Below are positions 24,901 to 37,539 of a stretch of 64,000 bases of DNA, piece after piece. Under the pieces are notes generated by a model. It did no database searches. It was not told where the DNA came from and saw nothing but the letters and a program-made list of their open reading frames with translations. How positions within the stretch are numbered: the first letter of the stretch is position 1; every line of letters begins with the position of its first letter. Both the position numbers and the translations under genes were made by a program. Origin of the DNA: Adineta vaga (taxonomy: Eukaryota > Animalia > Rotifera); the NCBI GenBank assembly GCA_021613535.1, contig CP075494.1:16182001-16246000 (forward strand), given 5' to 3'.

Positions 24901-25596
24901 AGAGCAAGCAGGACCATTTTGTAATATTTCTATTCAAGTATGTGATATGATTAATCCATGTTTGAATAATGGTCAATGTATTAATGATAATCAAAGTCTT
25001 GAGGGTTATTTTTGTCAATGTTCGAATGGATTCGATGGTTTATTATGTGAAAATGATCATCATATATGTAAATCAAATCTTTGTTGGAATAATGGTAAAA
25101 GTTTTATAAGAAATCTTTTTGAAGAAAATGATGAAATGTTTATTTTGTAGGTCAATGTAATGAAACATCAAATAATACATTTGAATGTTTATGTATTTCT
25201 GGTTGGAATGGAATTTATTGTGAATTAAAATTAAATTTATGTGAAAATATAACATGTGAACATGGAGGAATTTGTCGATCATTATTTCTTAATTATACAT
25301 GTGAATGTCTATCAGATAGTTATTCTGGTCGACATTGTGAAACTATTTCACAAAAACAAATTATTATTGAAATAGCTGCAAAATCAATGACTTTTGTTGC
25401 TATTGTTACTATTATTATTGCTATAATGTTTTTCGTTCTTATGGATATACTTAAATATGTTTTCTCTATTGATGTAACGAAAAATGAATCAAATGAAGGA
25501 AAAGAAAAAACAAAAACTATACGAAAATCAAAACAACGACCTCAAACAATTATTCGATTTCAATATGTTGATCACACAACATCGGAATTTACATAA
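21913..25596 (+). CDS. Type I membrane protein: signal peptide, NHL propeller, mucin stalk, EGF repeats, TM
   Basis: ATG at 21913 starts a signal exon. NHL exon about 22380-23294 (LYVADYGNSRIQKF). Thr-rich exon about 23964-24286, then mini-exons. EGF exons 24854-25093 and from 25151 (PCLNNGQC...CQCSNGFDGLLCE). TM FVAIVTIIIAIMFFVLMDILKY; stop at 25596. Confidence 0.85.
23765..23846. repeat. Telomere-like G/C palindrome, degenerate, intronic
   Basis: TGTGGGTGCGGG...CACTCACATCTACAATCC inside the large intron of the NHL-EGF gene. Confidence 0.55.
23964..24140 (+). repeat. 18-nt coding tandem repeat (TSTQLP/TSTELL)
   Basis: Repeated acgtcaacccagttacc/ta units encoding the mucin stalk. Confidence 0.8.
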
Positions 25597-26141
25597 TTTA
25601 TTGTGTAGAAAGACAGAAGATTTATTATTTATTAATAAATTACTTGAAGAAATTAAGGAGATAATATCTAAAAGTATTACTGGTAAAAGTTTCAGCTCAA
25701 TCGGACAAATTCAGAGGAGGGGTTACGCGTATAACAACTTCACAGTTTGAAAGTTGGTCAAGTGTCTAATTTGTTTTAAACGATTTTCTGAATCTACTGA
25801 GTAGAAAATGAAGTGAGAGATGATACGCTTAATTATTATCAATTTTATTCGTCTTTTTTTTCAAAAAAATAAAAAGTCAAATATATTCCGTTAAGAATAT
25901 TTACATTTGATATAAAAATAATTCAATTAACTTAAATAAATATTTGTTATTCTTTGATATCTCTATTATCAAATTATCTATTCTATTCGTGATCTAATTA
26001 TGAAAAATAAAGAAAACAAAATATATTTTTTACTCGAATTAAAATTAATTAAATTTAATGAGATAAATATTTATATTAAGATAAGAACTTTTTTTCATAA
26101 AAAGATTTCCTTGACATTTATAGAGAGAAAAGAAAAGAGGA

Positions 26142-27183
26142 ATGTCGTTATCATTGAATTCCTCATATGCATATTCTTTAGAAAAAGTGTCAATTTATAT
26201 TGGAATACCAATTTTAATTGGTGGTTGTTTTGGTAATATATTAAATTTAATTGTATTTTTAAGTTTAAAAACATTTCGAGAAAATTCCTGTTCATTTTAT
26301 TTCATAATAATATCATTTGTAAATCTTTGTCAATTATTAAGTGGATTAATTCAACGTATTCTTTTAAATGGTTTTGATTATGATTTAACAATAATTTCCT
26401 CGAATATTTGTAAATTATTTCAATATAGTTTACAAACATTTCCTTTAATATCAATCACATGTTTATGTTTAGCAACAATTGATCAATATTTTTCAACATC
26501 AACTCGTTTTCGTTATCGAAAATTGAATAATATTCATTTAACTTATCGTTTATTAAGTTTTTTTATTATTCTTTGGCTTCTTCATGGAATTCCATGTTTA
26601 ATTTATTTTGATATAATTCAATCGAAAATAACAAAAAAATATCGTTGTCGAATAATAAATGAAAACTATTCAAAATATTTTATTTATTGTTATTCAACAA
26701 TTCTAACAGGTTATTTACCAATAATTTTAACAATTTTATTTGGTTTATTATCTTATTATAATGTTCGATATGTTTCATTTGAAAGTATTTCAATTATTCG
26801 AAGAGAATTAGATAAACAATTAACAACAATGGTTCTTCTTCTTGATATATTTAATATAATTGCATTAATGCCTTATCCAATTATAATTATAATAACATCT
26901 TTAACTAATATTACAAAAGATCCATCTATTAATTCAACAATTAATTTTATTAATAGTTTAACAATTTATTTTTATTATTTATATTTTGCAGTAAGTTAAA
27001 AGATTTTGTTTTTAAATTAACATTTTAACTTTATCTTGTTTTTCTTTTTTGAAGTGTCCATTTTATATCTTTATTTGTGTTTCTGAACGATTTCGACGAC
27101 AATTGAATTATGTTCTTTTTAAAATTCATCTTGAACGTTGGAGAAGACAAAGAATGATTGCAGCTCTAATTTTACCACGTTAA
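26142..27183 (+). CDS. Rhodopsin-family GPCR
   Basis: GNILNLIVF, CLATIDQY, ELDKQLTTM; intron about 26991-27054; last exon PFYIFICVSERFRRQL...PR*. Confidence 0.88.
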
Positions 27184-27274
27184 TTAAACAAATAACATTC
27201 ATCTTTTTCACTCACTTGATCCTTGATTGTCGAAAGCAGAAATATTTTTTCTCGTCTCAGTCACTCCCCCAAGT

Positions 27275-27334
27275 TGAGGGTGTTGCTTAGATTCAATTGT
27301 AAATACGCCACACGCACCCTCACCCACACCTTCA
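27275..27334. repeat. Telomere-like G/C palindrome
   Basis: TGAGGGTGTTG...CCACACGCACCCTCACCCACACCTTCA; 92 bp after the GPCR stop. Confidence 0.85.
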
Positions 27335-27736
27335 AGATGATGAACACGATTTTCAATGAATTTTTCTGTTTGTCGGTCTATCATAGGATTACAGTCATAA
27401 GCAACTTTATAAATCTATAAGAAACATGATACCACCAATTATTAATGTCATCTAGTAAAAATCTTGAGTCATGAAATAGCAATTCAATCATTGACGTCAT
27501 CCGAAAAAGAAACAAAAGGCAAAGCAAATATTTGCACAGTATAGAAGGACATTCACTCATAGATACGATTCTCTCTAATCTCACATTTTTTCATAGGAAG
27601 ACAATTAATCAGATTATTCAATTTATTAAATCATTTAGAAAAACAAAAAGAAATATGGAATATGAAATTATAAAAAATAATTCTAAAGGTTAAACGGTTG
27701 AAAGTCATTGAAAGACAAAAAAAATCGATCAACTGC

Positions 27737-28228
27737 TTATTTTGTGAAGAAAAGAACAAGAATTGTAGTTATCATAGCAACGATGATACTTGCTGTTCTA
27801 CCATGTGCATTGTTGCATAAATCTGTTGTGCAACAGCTCGTCGTTTGTGTTAAACCATTGGTAGTAGTAGTACTCGCAGAACAACTACCACTCGTAGCAT
27901 AGCTACGTTCGGCAGCTGCATTGTTGCTGGCATAAGTAATTTTCTATAAGAAAAGTAAGTATATGTAAAAGGAGAATCTTCTCAAATGTATACCGTGCAA
28001 TAAGCGGCAGTCGAGTCCGACGTAGCAATAACACCAGAACCGCCCTTATTGAATGCATATGCATTACATCCTTCTGTACCTGCTGTACATTTATAACAAT
28101 TAATAGCAATAGTTGAATGTAGAATAGCTATTGAAAATACATGAAGAAAATCAACTGAATTAATAATATATTTATTAAAACTTACCGAGTAGAAGAAAAG
28201 ATGCGAAGATCAATACGATTGAATTCAT
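27737..28228 (-). CDS. Ly6/three-finger-fold GPI-anchored protein
   Basis: 3 exons; signal peptide, INCYKC...YC...CCTTDLCN, then the hydrophobic tail ASIIVAMITTILVLFFTK*. Confidence 0.85.
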
Positions 28229-28771
28229 TCTTGATATATGTTGAATTGATTGTCGTTTAATGTATCTTTGTCGTAGAGAATCGATTGAAACAGTATGAAT
28301 TTATATTCGGAATTTTTGGTAAAGTTTTGTTTTCATATTGTTTCTAGGAGAGAGTGGGAGAGAGAAGAAACTTGTGTCCTGAAGGTTTCTATCCCTGTAC
28401 CATCTTTCTCATTTGTTTGATTATTGATTATTTAACGACTACGCATTCAGTTTGTTGTTTTTCATCATACATATTCACCTCTTCCACTACCTACGCATGC
28501 TTAATGTAAACAATGCTGTCTACAAAGGAGAAAAGTTTACTTGGCCCCCGGACAAAACTTTCTCAGCGTTGGCGTACAATTTTAGAGAACGAAAAATAAT
28601 CAACTGTATTTTCTGTGTACAAACAAAAGAAGGAGAGTAATAATACTACCATATTAACCTTAAGGGTGCGCAAAACTCTATGAAAAATTCCAAATATAAA
28701 TTCACACGGTTTCAATCGATTCTCTACGACAAAGATACATTAAACGACAATCAATTCAACATATATCGAAA

Positions 28772-29230
28772 ATGAATTCAATCGTAATGATTTTCGCATC
28801 TTTTCTTCTACTAGGTAAGTTTTCATAAACATATTGTTAACTCAGCTGATTTTCTTCATGTATTTTCAATAGCTATTTTGCGTTCAACTATTGCTATCAA
28901 TTGTTATCAGTGCAAGCTGGGTACAGATGGATGTGGTGCATCTACATTGAATAAGGTCGGTCTTGGTGTGGGATATATGACGGACTCAAGCGCCACTTAT
29001 TGCACGGTATGCATTTGAGAAGATTCTCCTTTTACATATAGTTACTTTTCTTATAGAAATTTACATATCCTAGCAATGGAAATAGTGCTGCGCGTTATTA
29101 CCTTACCAGTGGTAGTTGTGTTGCGGGCACTGTCACTACTAATGGTATAGCAGAAACGACGAGCTGTTGCACAACAGATCTATGCAACAGTGCACATGGT
29201 AGAGCGCAAATATCATCGTTGCTATGGTAG
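28772..29230 (+). CDS. Ly6/three-finger protein lacking the GPI tail
   Basis: Exons 28772-28814, 28873-29006 and 29057-29230; INCYQC...CCTTDLCNSAHGRAQISSLLW*. A net 1-nt loss relative to its paralog removes the hydrophobic tail. Confidence 0.8.
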
Positions 29231-29733
29231 CTGCAAGTCTTGTTCTTTTCTTCACAAAATAAGCAGTTGATCGATTTTTTTTGTCTTTCAATGACTTTCA
29301 ACCGTTTAACCTTTAGAATTATTTTTTATAACTTCAAATTTCTAACGAGAAATGATTAATAATGATATACAAATTCATTTCTTATGATCTTATATTTTAC
29401 TCTTCGACATAAAATAGTTGAAATTTGTCATCATTATTCGAACAGCAGTACCATTTATCTTGAGCTCACAGAATGTCATTTTTTCTCTTTCTTTTCTCCA
29501 CTATTCACCATGTATTCTTTTCGACCTTGATAATATTCGATTTTCACTCCTTCTTTTTTCTCTTGAAGGATTTCTTTTCTATATAACTTTCGTTATAATA
29601 CAGAAATATAAAAAAAGTATGCTTTATTATGATTGTATATTGCAGACTTAACATATTCTCAACTAAAAAAATTTCTATCCTTTTCTTATAGTTATTCTAT
29701 AGTAGAAAAAAAAAGACTAAATCTTGACTCCAA

Positions 29734-30639
29734 ATGAATTATTTCATGTTAACAAATTCATTTATCTTAATTATTTTATTTTTACCAATTATTTCTTCTC
29801 AATATCCATGTTTATGTTCATGTTGTCTTGGTGAAAACTGTCAATTAACTTCGATTGGTAATGTTTATGCTTCATCATGTTCATCAGATAGTTGTCGTTC
29901 GACGTGTCGTGAGAAATATTCTCAATGTTCAGCTGATATTCCATATGGACAATCAACAGGACAATGTTTAAGTGCAACAACAGTAACACCTATCAATGGT
30001 TCATTTGTTTGTAGATGCGATTGTTGTAATACAGGAAGTGCGACATGTTCTCCTGTCCTTATTGGTTATAGTACAGCTTTTTCATGTTCATCTGCGTCAT
30101 GTAGCGTTTCATGTAGTTCAACTTATCCACTTGTTTGTATTTCAAATGAAAATGGTCAAACTCAAGGTACATGTCAAGGATTAACAACAACAACAACAAC
30201 AGTTAGTTCATGGTTAGGTTATCCTTGTTCATGTTATTGTTGTCAATGGAATTCATATTGTAATCCAACAACTTTCGTTGGAAATACATCTTCCACTTTA
30301 TGTTCAACATATACTTGTTCATCAGCTTGTCAACAACAATATTCATCTTTATGTCCATTATCAACAAGTATTGGACAAACATTAGGTCAATGTTTAACTA
30401 TTTCAAATGGATCAACACGATGTCAGTGTACATGTTGTGGAAGTATTGCATGTTTAGATTATGATATATATACGAATAGTGATTGTACAACATGTCCATT
30501 GATGTGTTCATTATATACAAAATGTGCCAATACTTATCAAACAACATATTTATGTTATACAAATTCAACATATCGTCAACAATTCTCCATTTTATTTTTA
30601 ATATTTATTATTTTTAATGATTACACAACATTCATTTAG
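29734..30639 (+). CDS. Secreted/GPI Cys-rich protein with four CxCxCC modules
   Basis: 301-aa intronless ORF; signal peptide; CLCSCC, CRCDCC, CSCYCC and CQCTCC modules, the first three ending GQxxGxC; hydrophobic C-terminus. Confidence 0.85.
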   Translation: MNYFMLTNSFILIILFLPIISSQYPCLCSCCLGENCQLTSIGNVYASSCSSDSCRSTCREKYSQCSADIPYGQSTGQCLSATTVTPINGSFVCRCDCCNTGSATCSPVLIGYSTAFSCSSASCSVSCSSTYPLVCISNENGQTQGTCQGLTTTTTTVSSWLGYPCSCYCCQWNSYCNPTTFVGNTSSTLCSTYTCSSACQQQYSSLCPLSTSIGQTLGQCLTISNGSTRCQCTCCGSIACLDYDIYTNSDCTTCPLMCSLYTKCANTYQTTYLCYTNSTYRQQFSILFLIFIIFNDYTTFI

Positions 30640-31082
30640 TCAGTTGTAATCGTTTTTAAATAGTTTTTTTAAAAACAATTCTATTCTCGTAAGGTTAGTT
30701 TTCATAATGAAACAATGCTTGAAAAAGGTCTCGAAATGCGCAAAAACTGTATTTTATCATCAGATTGTCTAAATACGTCTCATATGATCTGTAGTTTGGA
30801 AGTTTCCCAAATGCTTGGTTTTGTAGCTAGTCAGAAGGACTATCAACAAGAAAGGACCTGATCTCCATACCTATTGATACTGATGATCGTTCATAGATCT
30901 CCTATAGATTGTCTTATTTCTCATGGTAATTTTGAAGCCCAGACATTCTAGACTGATTCATGTGTCATACACTTTTTGTAGTACAAATGATTTTACATTT
31001 ATGGACAATCTCAAGTGATTCTTAATAATAAAAAAAAGGTCAGATTTGTTCGTAAGTCAAGTTTATCAATATTGATTATCAA

Positions 31083-32485
31083 TTAGGTAATATTTATGAT
31101 ACGATTAGTCGGTTTATACCATTCTTTGAATTTTTGATAAAAACGTAAACTATTCCAGACAATTAACCGTAAACTAACTGTGAGTCCACCATAAAGAGCA
31201 AGTAATGATGTTACTACGTACAAAAGAGTGTGATGTTGTATGTTTTCATAGTGACATATGTTTGGAGCACAAGTAGAAAAGTATTTTTCATAATTAGTTT
31301 TATTTGTCCATTCTTCAATGAAGAGTTCATCCATAATCGTACCAATTGAACTATTTGGTAGAAAACGTGATAGTAATGAACGATTCAATGGAATAATAGA
31401 TAGATTAAATACAATGGGAGGAGAAAAATCTGTCGATGGAAGTGACCCATCCATTAACATATAATAATCTAAATAATTAATAATTGTATTGATACAACTT
31501 TGCGAAAAAAAACATTCTAATGAAGACATGCGTAATCCATCAATAGGTAAACAACCAACAACAAGTCCAGGTATGACAAGATCAAGTGGTCCTATTCTTA
31601 AAGATTGATTACAATCTTTTGAAACAACACAATTACATGTATCATTTGCATATTCATATGGTACACTTCGCAATATATATCCATTTGATGCATTTCCAAA
31701 TTCTAATAACCAATCAGTATTGAAAGCATTTGATAATAAACTATTATGGATTAGTTCAGTGATTAAATTATATCCACGTCGATAATTAACTGGTAGACGT
31801 CGAGTTATTTGATTAACAATATCAGTTATAGTTGATTCAAAATAAACTCGAGACATTGTCGTTGTACTAATTATCATTTGTTGATTAACATTTTTTAAAT
31901 AAGAAGTTACAATTGCACTTGCTTCTGCACATAACCATCCCATTATTTGATATTGTTTGCTAAGAAGAGGTCGATCAAATTGTAAATAACTATTCGCTTT
32001 TGGTCCATAGCCATAGAGAGTCGTTGTCCAATTTGAATTAATAAATGAACTTGAACATACCTGTATAGAACAGAAAATAATTTTAAATATGAAAATATTC
32101 TCTTTATGATTTTTTTGATATTCATTTGATTATCTATGACATAGGATCAATTACTTGTTTAATGAAGCTTAATAAAGTTCATTGTAGAACTTACTTGATG
32201 AAAAATCGGAGTAATAGTAGAAAAAGTATTGTATACCATAGTGATCTCTTCACATTGATATGTAAAGGTTTCTCGATACATTGCTTCTAGTTGTTCAAAA
32301 GTATCAAGTGATGGTTCTAATATTGTAACAGATACTGTTACATAAGATAGGCCATTGAAGAGTACAAGTACACTTATACATATAAGAAGTAATCCAAGAT
32401 ATATTCGAGTAGCAATAAGAACCATTTCTTGAATATTGACATTTTGAATAGAAGAACTTTCTTTTTTAAATAAATTCATTATCAT
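31083..32485 (-). CDS. Two-TM protein with a large Cys-containing ectodomain (bdelloid-expanded family, ENaC/DEG-like topology)
   Basis: Exon 32195-32485 (TRIYLGLLLICISVLVLF...PIFHQ) splices to 31083-32060 (VCSSSFI...GCLPIDGLRMSSLECFF...CAPNICHY...LLALYGGLTVSL). The 5' end may extend further. Confidence 0.75.
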
Positions 32486-32580
32486 TAATTCTTGTTTAAT
32501 ATTATTCCAATAGAAAGTGATTTGATTTCTTAAAACTATAAATAAGACAGAAATATACAAATGAATTCAACAGATAATTT

Positions 32581-33084
32581 CTAATCTTTTCTAATCTTTA
32601 CCTCTTTGTCTAATAATTGTTGTGCTATTATTATAAGGACAGGAGGAATATAATGAATAAGAATACGTTTGTATTTGTTCACGATTAAATGATCATGAAA
32701 AATGAGAATATGTCTTTCCAGTGTAACCCAAGCATAAAGCATACTTTCAACAATATAAAATGTCCAATCAATATATCCATAAATAACATGAAATAAAATT
32801 GATGGTGGAAAATTTTGAAAATTACGAAAATAATGCATCATACAAGTCATAATTGTTAGTTCATAGAAGAGATTAAGAACAAGAAGAACAATGATAATGT
32901 GATTGTGAAGAGCTTGACGAAGATTTCGATCGTAAAGAAAATGATATAAAGCAAACAATGAACAACTGATTGATGGAATAATCAAGAAAAGATAGATTGA
33001 GAATTGTATAGAATAAAAATCTGATGTAGAAATTGCCAATGAACGTATATTACTTGTAGAATTGTTGTCTGTACTTGTCGACAT
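32581..33084 (-). pseudogene. Truncated GPCR (TM1-TM4 only)
   Basis: PSISCSLF, LRQALHNH, WVTLERHILIFH, HYIPP, then an abrupt stop. Confidence 0.65.
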
Positions 33085-33364
33085 AATTAAATATTGAAGA
33101 AAAATATTGATAAGCACAATAATGTTTAAGAAGTAATGACACAGCGAGAGAAATTTTTGATGAACTTTAAAATAGTAGATTTATTCTGTATTAATTAAAA
33201 TAAAATTCTCATGATGTAAAATATTACACATGTGAATTTCAATTGGATATTTAAAAAATGCATTGTATATTCAAACTATTTTGACATCTTAATCTTGTAA
33301 CTCAACGTGTCAAAAAACATTCCACGACTGTTTTATTAGAGTTCTTTCTACATCTACATTCATA

Positions 33365-33406
33365 GAGGGTGTGAGTGAAGAAAATAGCATTACCCACACC
33401 CACCCT
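33365..33406. repeat. Telomere-like G/C palindrome
   Basis: GAGGGTGTGAGTG-aagaaaatagcatt-ACCCACACCCACCCT. Confidence 0.9.
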
Positions 33407-34094
33407 TACGATCCTAAACATCATCAGTAAATTCCATCTTACTTCTTCTAAACGTTTTCAATACTATATTTCTTATATCTCATTCGATGCGCCATGAAGA
33501 GCTCTACAAGATGGTGTATCTGATTTCTTAATTCAGACATAGTCACTTTATCCGACATGGTCCTTTAATTTACCCCAATTTCAGTCAATCGGAAAATGTA
33601 TGTTATGTTTTTAAAGAGCATTGACAGTGCTGACTCATCAACGTGATCGCTCGTCCATGATTGCATAGAGAACGAAAAAAGTGAGAAAAAAAGACAAGAC
33701 ATAGATATCAGGAGGAAGTAGTCTAGTTTCAAATGCTGTTCTTTTACTTTCGGTCTAAGGCGAGAGTGGGCGCGAAGGACGCAATTCGTAATATGAGACC
33801 GAAATAAGAAAGAAGGGTAACAACAGAACAGCAAGCGAAAAATAAAGAGAAAAATAGTGAGACAAGCAATAAACGGACATGGAAAAACGAAAAAGCTAGT
33901 AGTGTATAAATATAATCGACGAATGTACCACCAGCGTGACATTGAAAAACGAGTACAATCATCACAAAAAATAAGTTAGGTATGTGTGTTTATCAGAAAT
34001 TATCAATTATATGAGCGCAATCATGAGAAAATCTTTTAGACAGAAAATAATCTTCAGAAAGTGGTAGTATCGTCTCTCGTATATCAACACACAA

Positions 34095-36625
34095 ATGGGT
34101 AATAGTTCAAGTAATAACAATAATGGTATGCCAGTAGCAAGCTCTCGGTATGAATAGATAATTGATGATCATTGTTTTTCGTATCCATTGTTTTTAATAT
34201 CTGTCCCTCTGTAGATCCTGGCTTTCTTGGACACCGATATGGTTTATTAGTTGTGGTTCTATTATCTTGGGAATCATCGCTATGGTAGTCATCATATCAT
34301 TGTTTGCCTTATACTTGCCTAGCGCAGGCGATGACATATTGGTGGGAAACACCAATGAGGGTAGGAAGATTATTATTATCCTTACTCTTTCTAGTCTAGT
34401 TTCCTTTTTCAAGGAGCAAGGACCATTAATATGGTGTTTGTAACTGATTTTTATAGTATTGATACAACAAACTTCATTGAATATGATTCACTTGCTCAAC
34501 AAGTTTGCGTTTTCTCTAATTATAATGATGCGATCTGAATACTTTAGCTTTAGCTTAATCGACATCTTGGCTATACAAAACGAATACTGAATGTTCAGAA
34601 GTCTTTTTCTAGTAGCGGTACGATAACATCTACTGATGGCAGAAAAAAGAAGCGACAAACAAAGTCAGTTACTTTACTTGCATTAATCTTCTTCTAATTA
34701 AAAGATTTGTTACATTATGCATTCTATTTAGTAGTAATATATCTTGTAACGCTGAGAATGATGGAAGTTCTCAAGGTATAAGAACAAGTAGCAAATTGAG
34801 TATTGTAGCTTATGTCACTGCATGTGCGAAAAGTACGTGTCGTACCGATTATTGTCTACAAAAATGTGTAGCTGAAGTTAAATCGGATATTAAGTCGAAA
34901 TTTAGTTCGAGCACAGTTTTGCTTACAGTTCAGATAACCAACGGTACAAATATTTCAATTTCCTCTCAATTTTGCTCGTTTGGCCAGGTTGTTTCAGGTA
35001 AAAGATAAATTGTGATATATATTTTTCAACAAGATAATGTCTACATTAACTTCAAGGATTGCCAAAGTTATAGACCACTCCCCCTGTCTTGATAAGAAAA
35101 ATTTATTTTGTATTTTCAAAAGACATCTATGTGTCTACAATATATGTTCGTTAGATAGTTCGATACATGTATCACATGAACATGTGGTGGTCCTTTATTC
35201 TTGTCGGCGTGAGGGCGTGGGCGGGTGAGGATCTCTTGCATTCATCCACACCCACCCACACCCAAGCGGTGAACAATTGTCACCATTAAATCCCTCCGAA
35301 AATTTCGGAGCTCTATCAGAGGATAGAGCTGGTTTTGTAAAAATTTCTTTTCGTAGTAACTATTCTTTGAAACAACGAAAAATATGTAAATTTTTGATGC
35401 TCATCGATTGATGATGTGTTCAATGTACTAAAGTTTTCCTTTCAATAAATCAATACAACAAAATAAGTAAATATACAGGACGATAGCGAATTTCACGTTC
35501 TATCAAAATTTCTAATTATTTGTTGAAAAAAACTAATTTTTACGTCAATCAAAAAATCATGCCTGTGATAATGTAGGTATAAGGGTGACTTCATTGCATT
35601 CGATTTCGTTCTTGGTAATACCTAAGTACAAATAAAAATGCATAGATAGGAGGTGATGAAAACTCCATGGGACTTCAGAATATGCAATTGGCTCTAACAA
35701 AAATATTATTATAATAACAATAAAGTCAAAATACAGGTGGAAACTTTTTTCGGGAGATATAATGAATTTATATATTAAACATATAAAGAAAATTAGAAAT
35801 AAACACTTTTTAAATCAAAAATTATTCTTCAAATTGTCATTAAAATCGAGAAAAAGAATGATTTTCAAGAGTAATTTGAGACAGTTCTCGAGAAAGCAGT
35901 CTAAGGATGTTGACACTTGGCATCATCCAGTGCGAGAAAGTTATGAAAATGAGGTAAAATCTTTCAAAATGATATGACTTTTACTATTCAAATGAGCAAA
36001 ATTCCAAAGACATGAACTTTGAAATCAGCATGTGTGTGTAATTCTTCGAGTACATCCGAAAATGTAATGTGGTAGTACTATAGTGAGGGAACTACAGCTA
36101 AAGTATGATTTCTTTTTGCTGTTCGCTGGATTCTTTAAACATGAAGCAAAAATATTTTATAATAAATGTTTCTTTTGTGATTTATAAGCAATTACAACTT
36201 CAATTACGTCCACGACAATAACAACAACAACAACAACAACTACTACTACTACTACAACGGCTTTTTCTTGTGTTCAGTTTTGTTCTGGTTCTCGTGCTAC
36301 TCATACTACGGATAGTACTACTTGCGCTCTAGATGGACAATTTAATGGTGTTACATATGATAGTACTGTTGATGCCGTTAATAATGCTCGTTTTACTGGT
36401 AATACTTATTGCAATAGTGTTCCTCTCAATTATGGTCTGAATACTGCCAATGGAGGTATTGGTTGTGGAAGTTCTACTGTGACTTGTCCTAGTGGTTACT
36501 GTTGTGTTTTTGATACCACCGGTCCTGGTGTTAATAGTAATTCGGGTATAATTCTCCTTCTTGGCACTGCTACTAGCACCAATAATAATATTCCTCGTTA
36601 TGTCTGCGTTTCATCGTGTCCGTAA
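34095..36625 (+). CDS. Type II membrane protein: TM, RKKKRQ site, Cys domain, Thr stalk, Cys/Gly-rich tip
   Basis: MGNSSS first exon; TM IILGIIAMVVIISLFALYLP; RKKKRQ at about 34640; exon 34732-34997 (CAKSTCRTDYCLQKC); last exon about 36189-36625 (TTTT...CVQFC...CPSGYCC...YVCVSSCP*). Exact internal junctions are uncertain. Confidence 0.7.
35210..35264. repeat. Telomere-like G/C palindrome (intronic)
   Basis: TGAGGGCGTGGGCGGGTGAGG-atctcttgcatt-CATCCACACCCACCCACACCCA. Confidence 0.88.
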
Positions 36626-36760
36626 ATTGATGGATCACATACCTATGAATCAAAACAGTGCATATTGACACTCTATCATATTAACTGAGATTATATTGAC
36701 TTTTTTCGATCATAATACGTATTGTCCAAGCGTAACGCTGTTACATTTTTGGCATACTAT

Positions 36761-36817
36761 TGAGGGTGTGGGTGTGTGAGAGTTTGGATAAAGAAAGAAT
36801 ATCTTCACCCACATCCA
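36761..36817. repeat. Telomere-like G/C palindrome
   Basis: TGAGGGTGTGGGTGTGTGAG...atatctt-CACCCACATCCA; 136 bp after the stop at 36625. Confidence 0.88.
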
Positions 36818-37539
36818 ATAGATAATAAATACTATATTGTATTTCAATATAGTAAAAAATCAACAAAAAAATGCGGAAATCTCCAGTTTTATCCGAGAGT
36901 TATATCTAATTCAAAAGAGCATGAGAAAGATGGGCCATTCTAGAATGTCTATAGATAGCAAAATTATCATGAGATATTTTTTTCAATGAACATATGGCTT
37001 CTCTTGACTGTTGCATATCCAAGAGGATTTTTAGGTCGAAAATAGTTTATATTTGAACTCTCCGTCTTCTTAGTTCCTTTTGTATAATATATCATTTTAT
37101 GTCTCGGAAAATTCTCTATTGAATGTTATATAACATACGGAATTTTATTCGACTTTGATATAAAGATTCTCTTACGAGAAAGGCAATATAACAATTTTTC
37201 CCAAGAAAAAAACAGGGAAAAATCAGTATTTTTATAGTATAATTCAGGAAGGATTCGTTCAATGAGGCTCATCTTCGAACTCAATCGAGATGACGACGAG
37301 ACTAAATTGTGTACAAAATTTCATCTCAATTTGACTCTCCTTGCAAATATTATCATATAAACCGACGGACACACTGACCGATACTATAATGTGTTCTAAC
37401 GTTTTGAGTACAATAACCGAAAGAATGAACGTATTATTTTATTAAATGACATGGTGTGAATTTATATCGCACAGATACATCATTATACATCAAAACTGAT
37501 TATCAAACCTGTTTTTATTATTATTCAAAAATTCATCTG

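Larger units (their letters stand above)
27667..29330. repeat. Recent inverted duplication (arms about 27667-28306 and 28694-29330)
   Basis: Arms of about 640 bp are reverse complements, including introns and UTRs (e.g. ttctaaaggttaaacggttgaaagtcattgaaagac vs gtctttcaatgactttcaaccgtttaacctttagaa); spacer about 390 bp. Confidence 0.92.
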
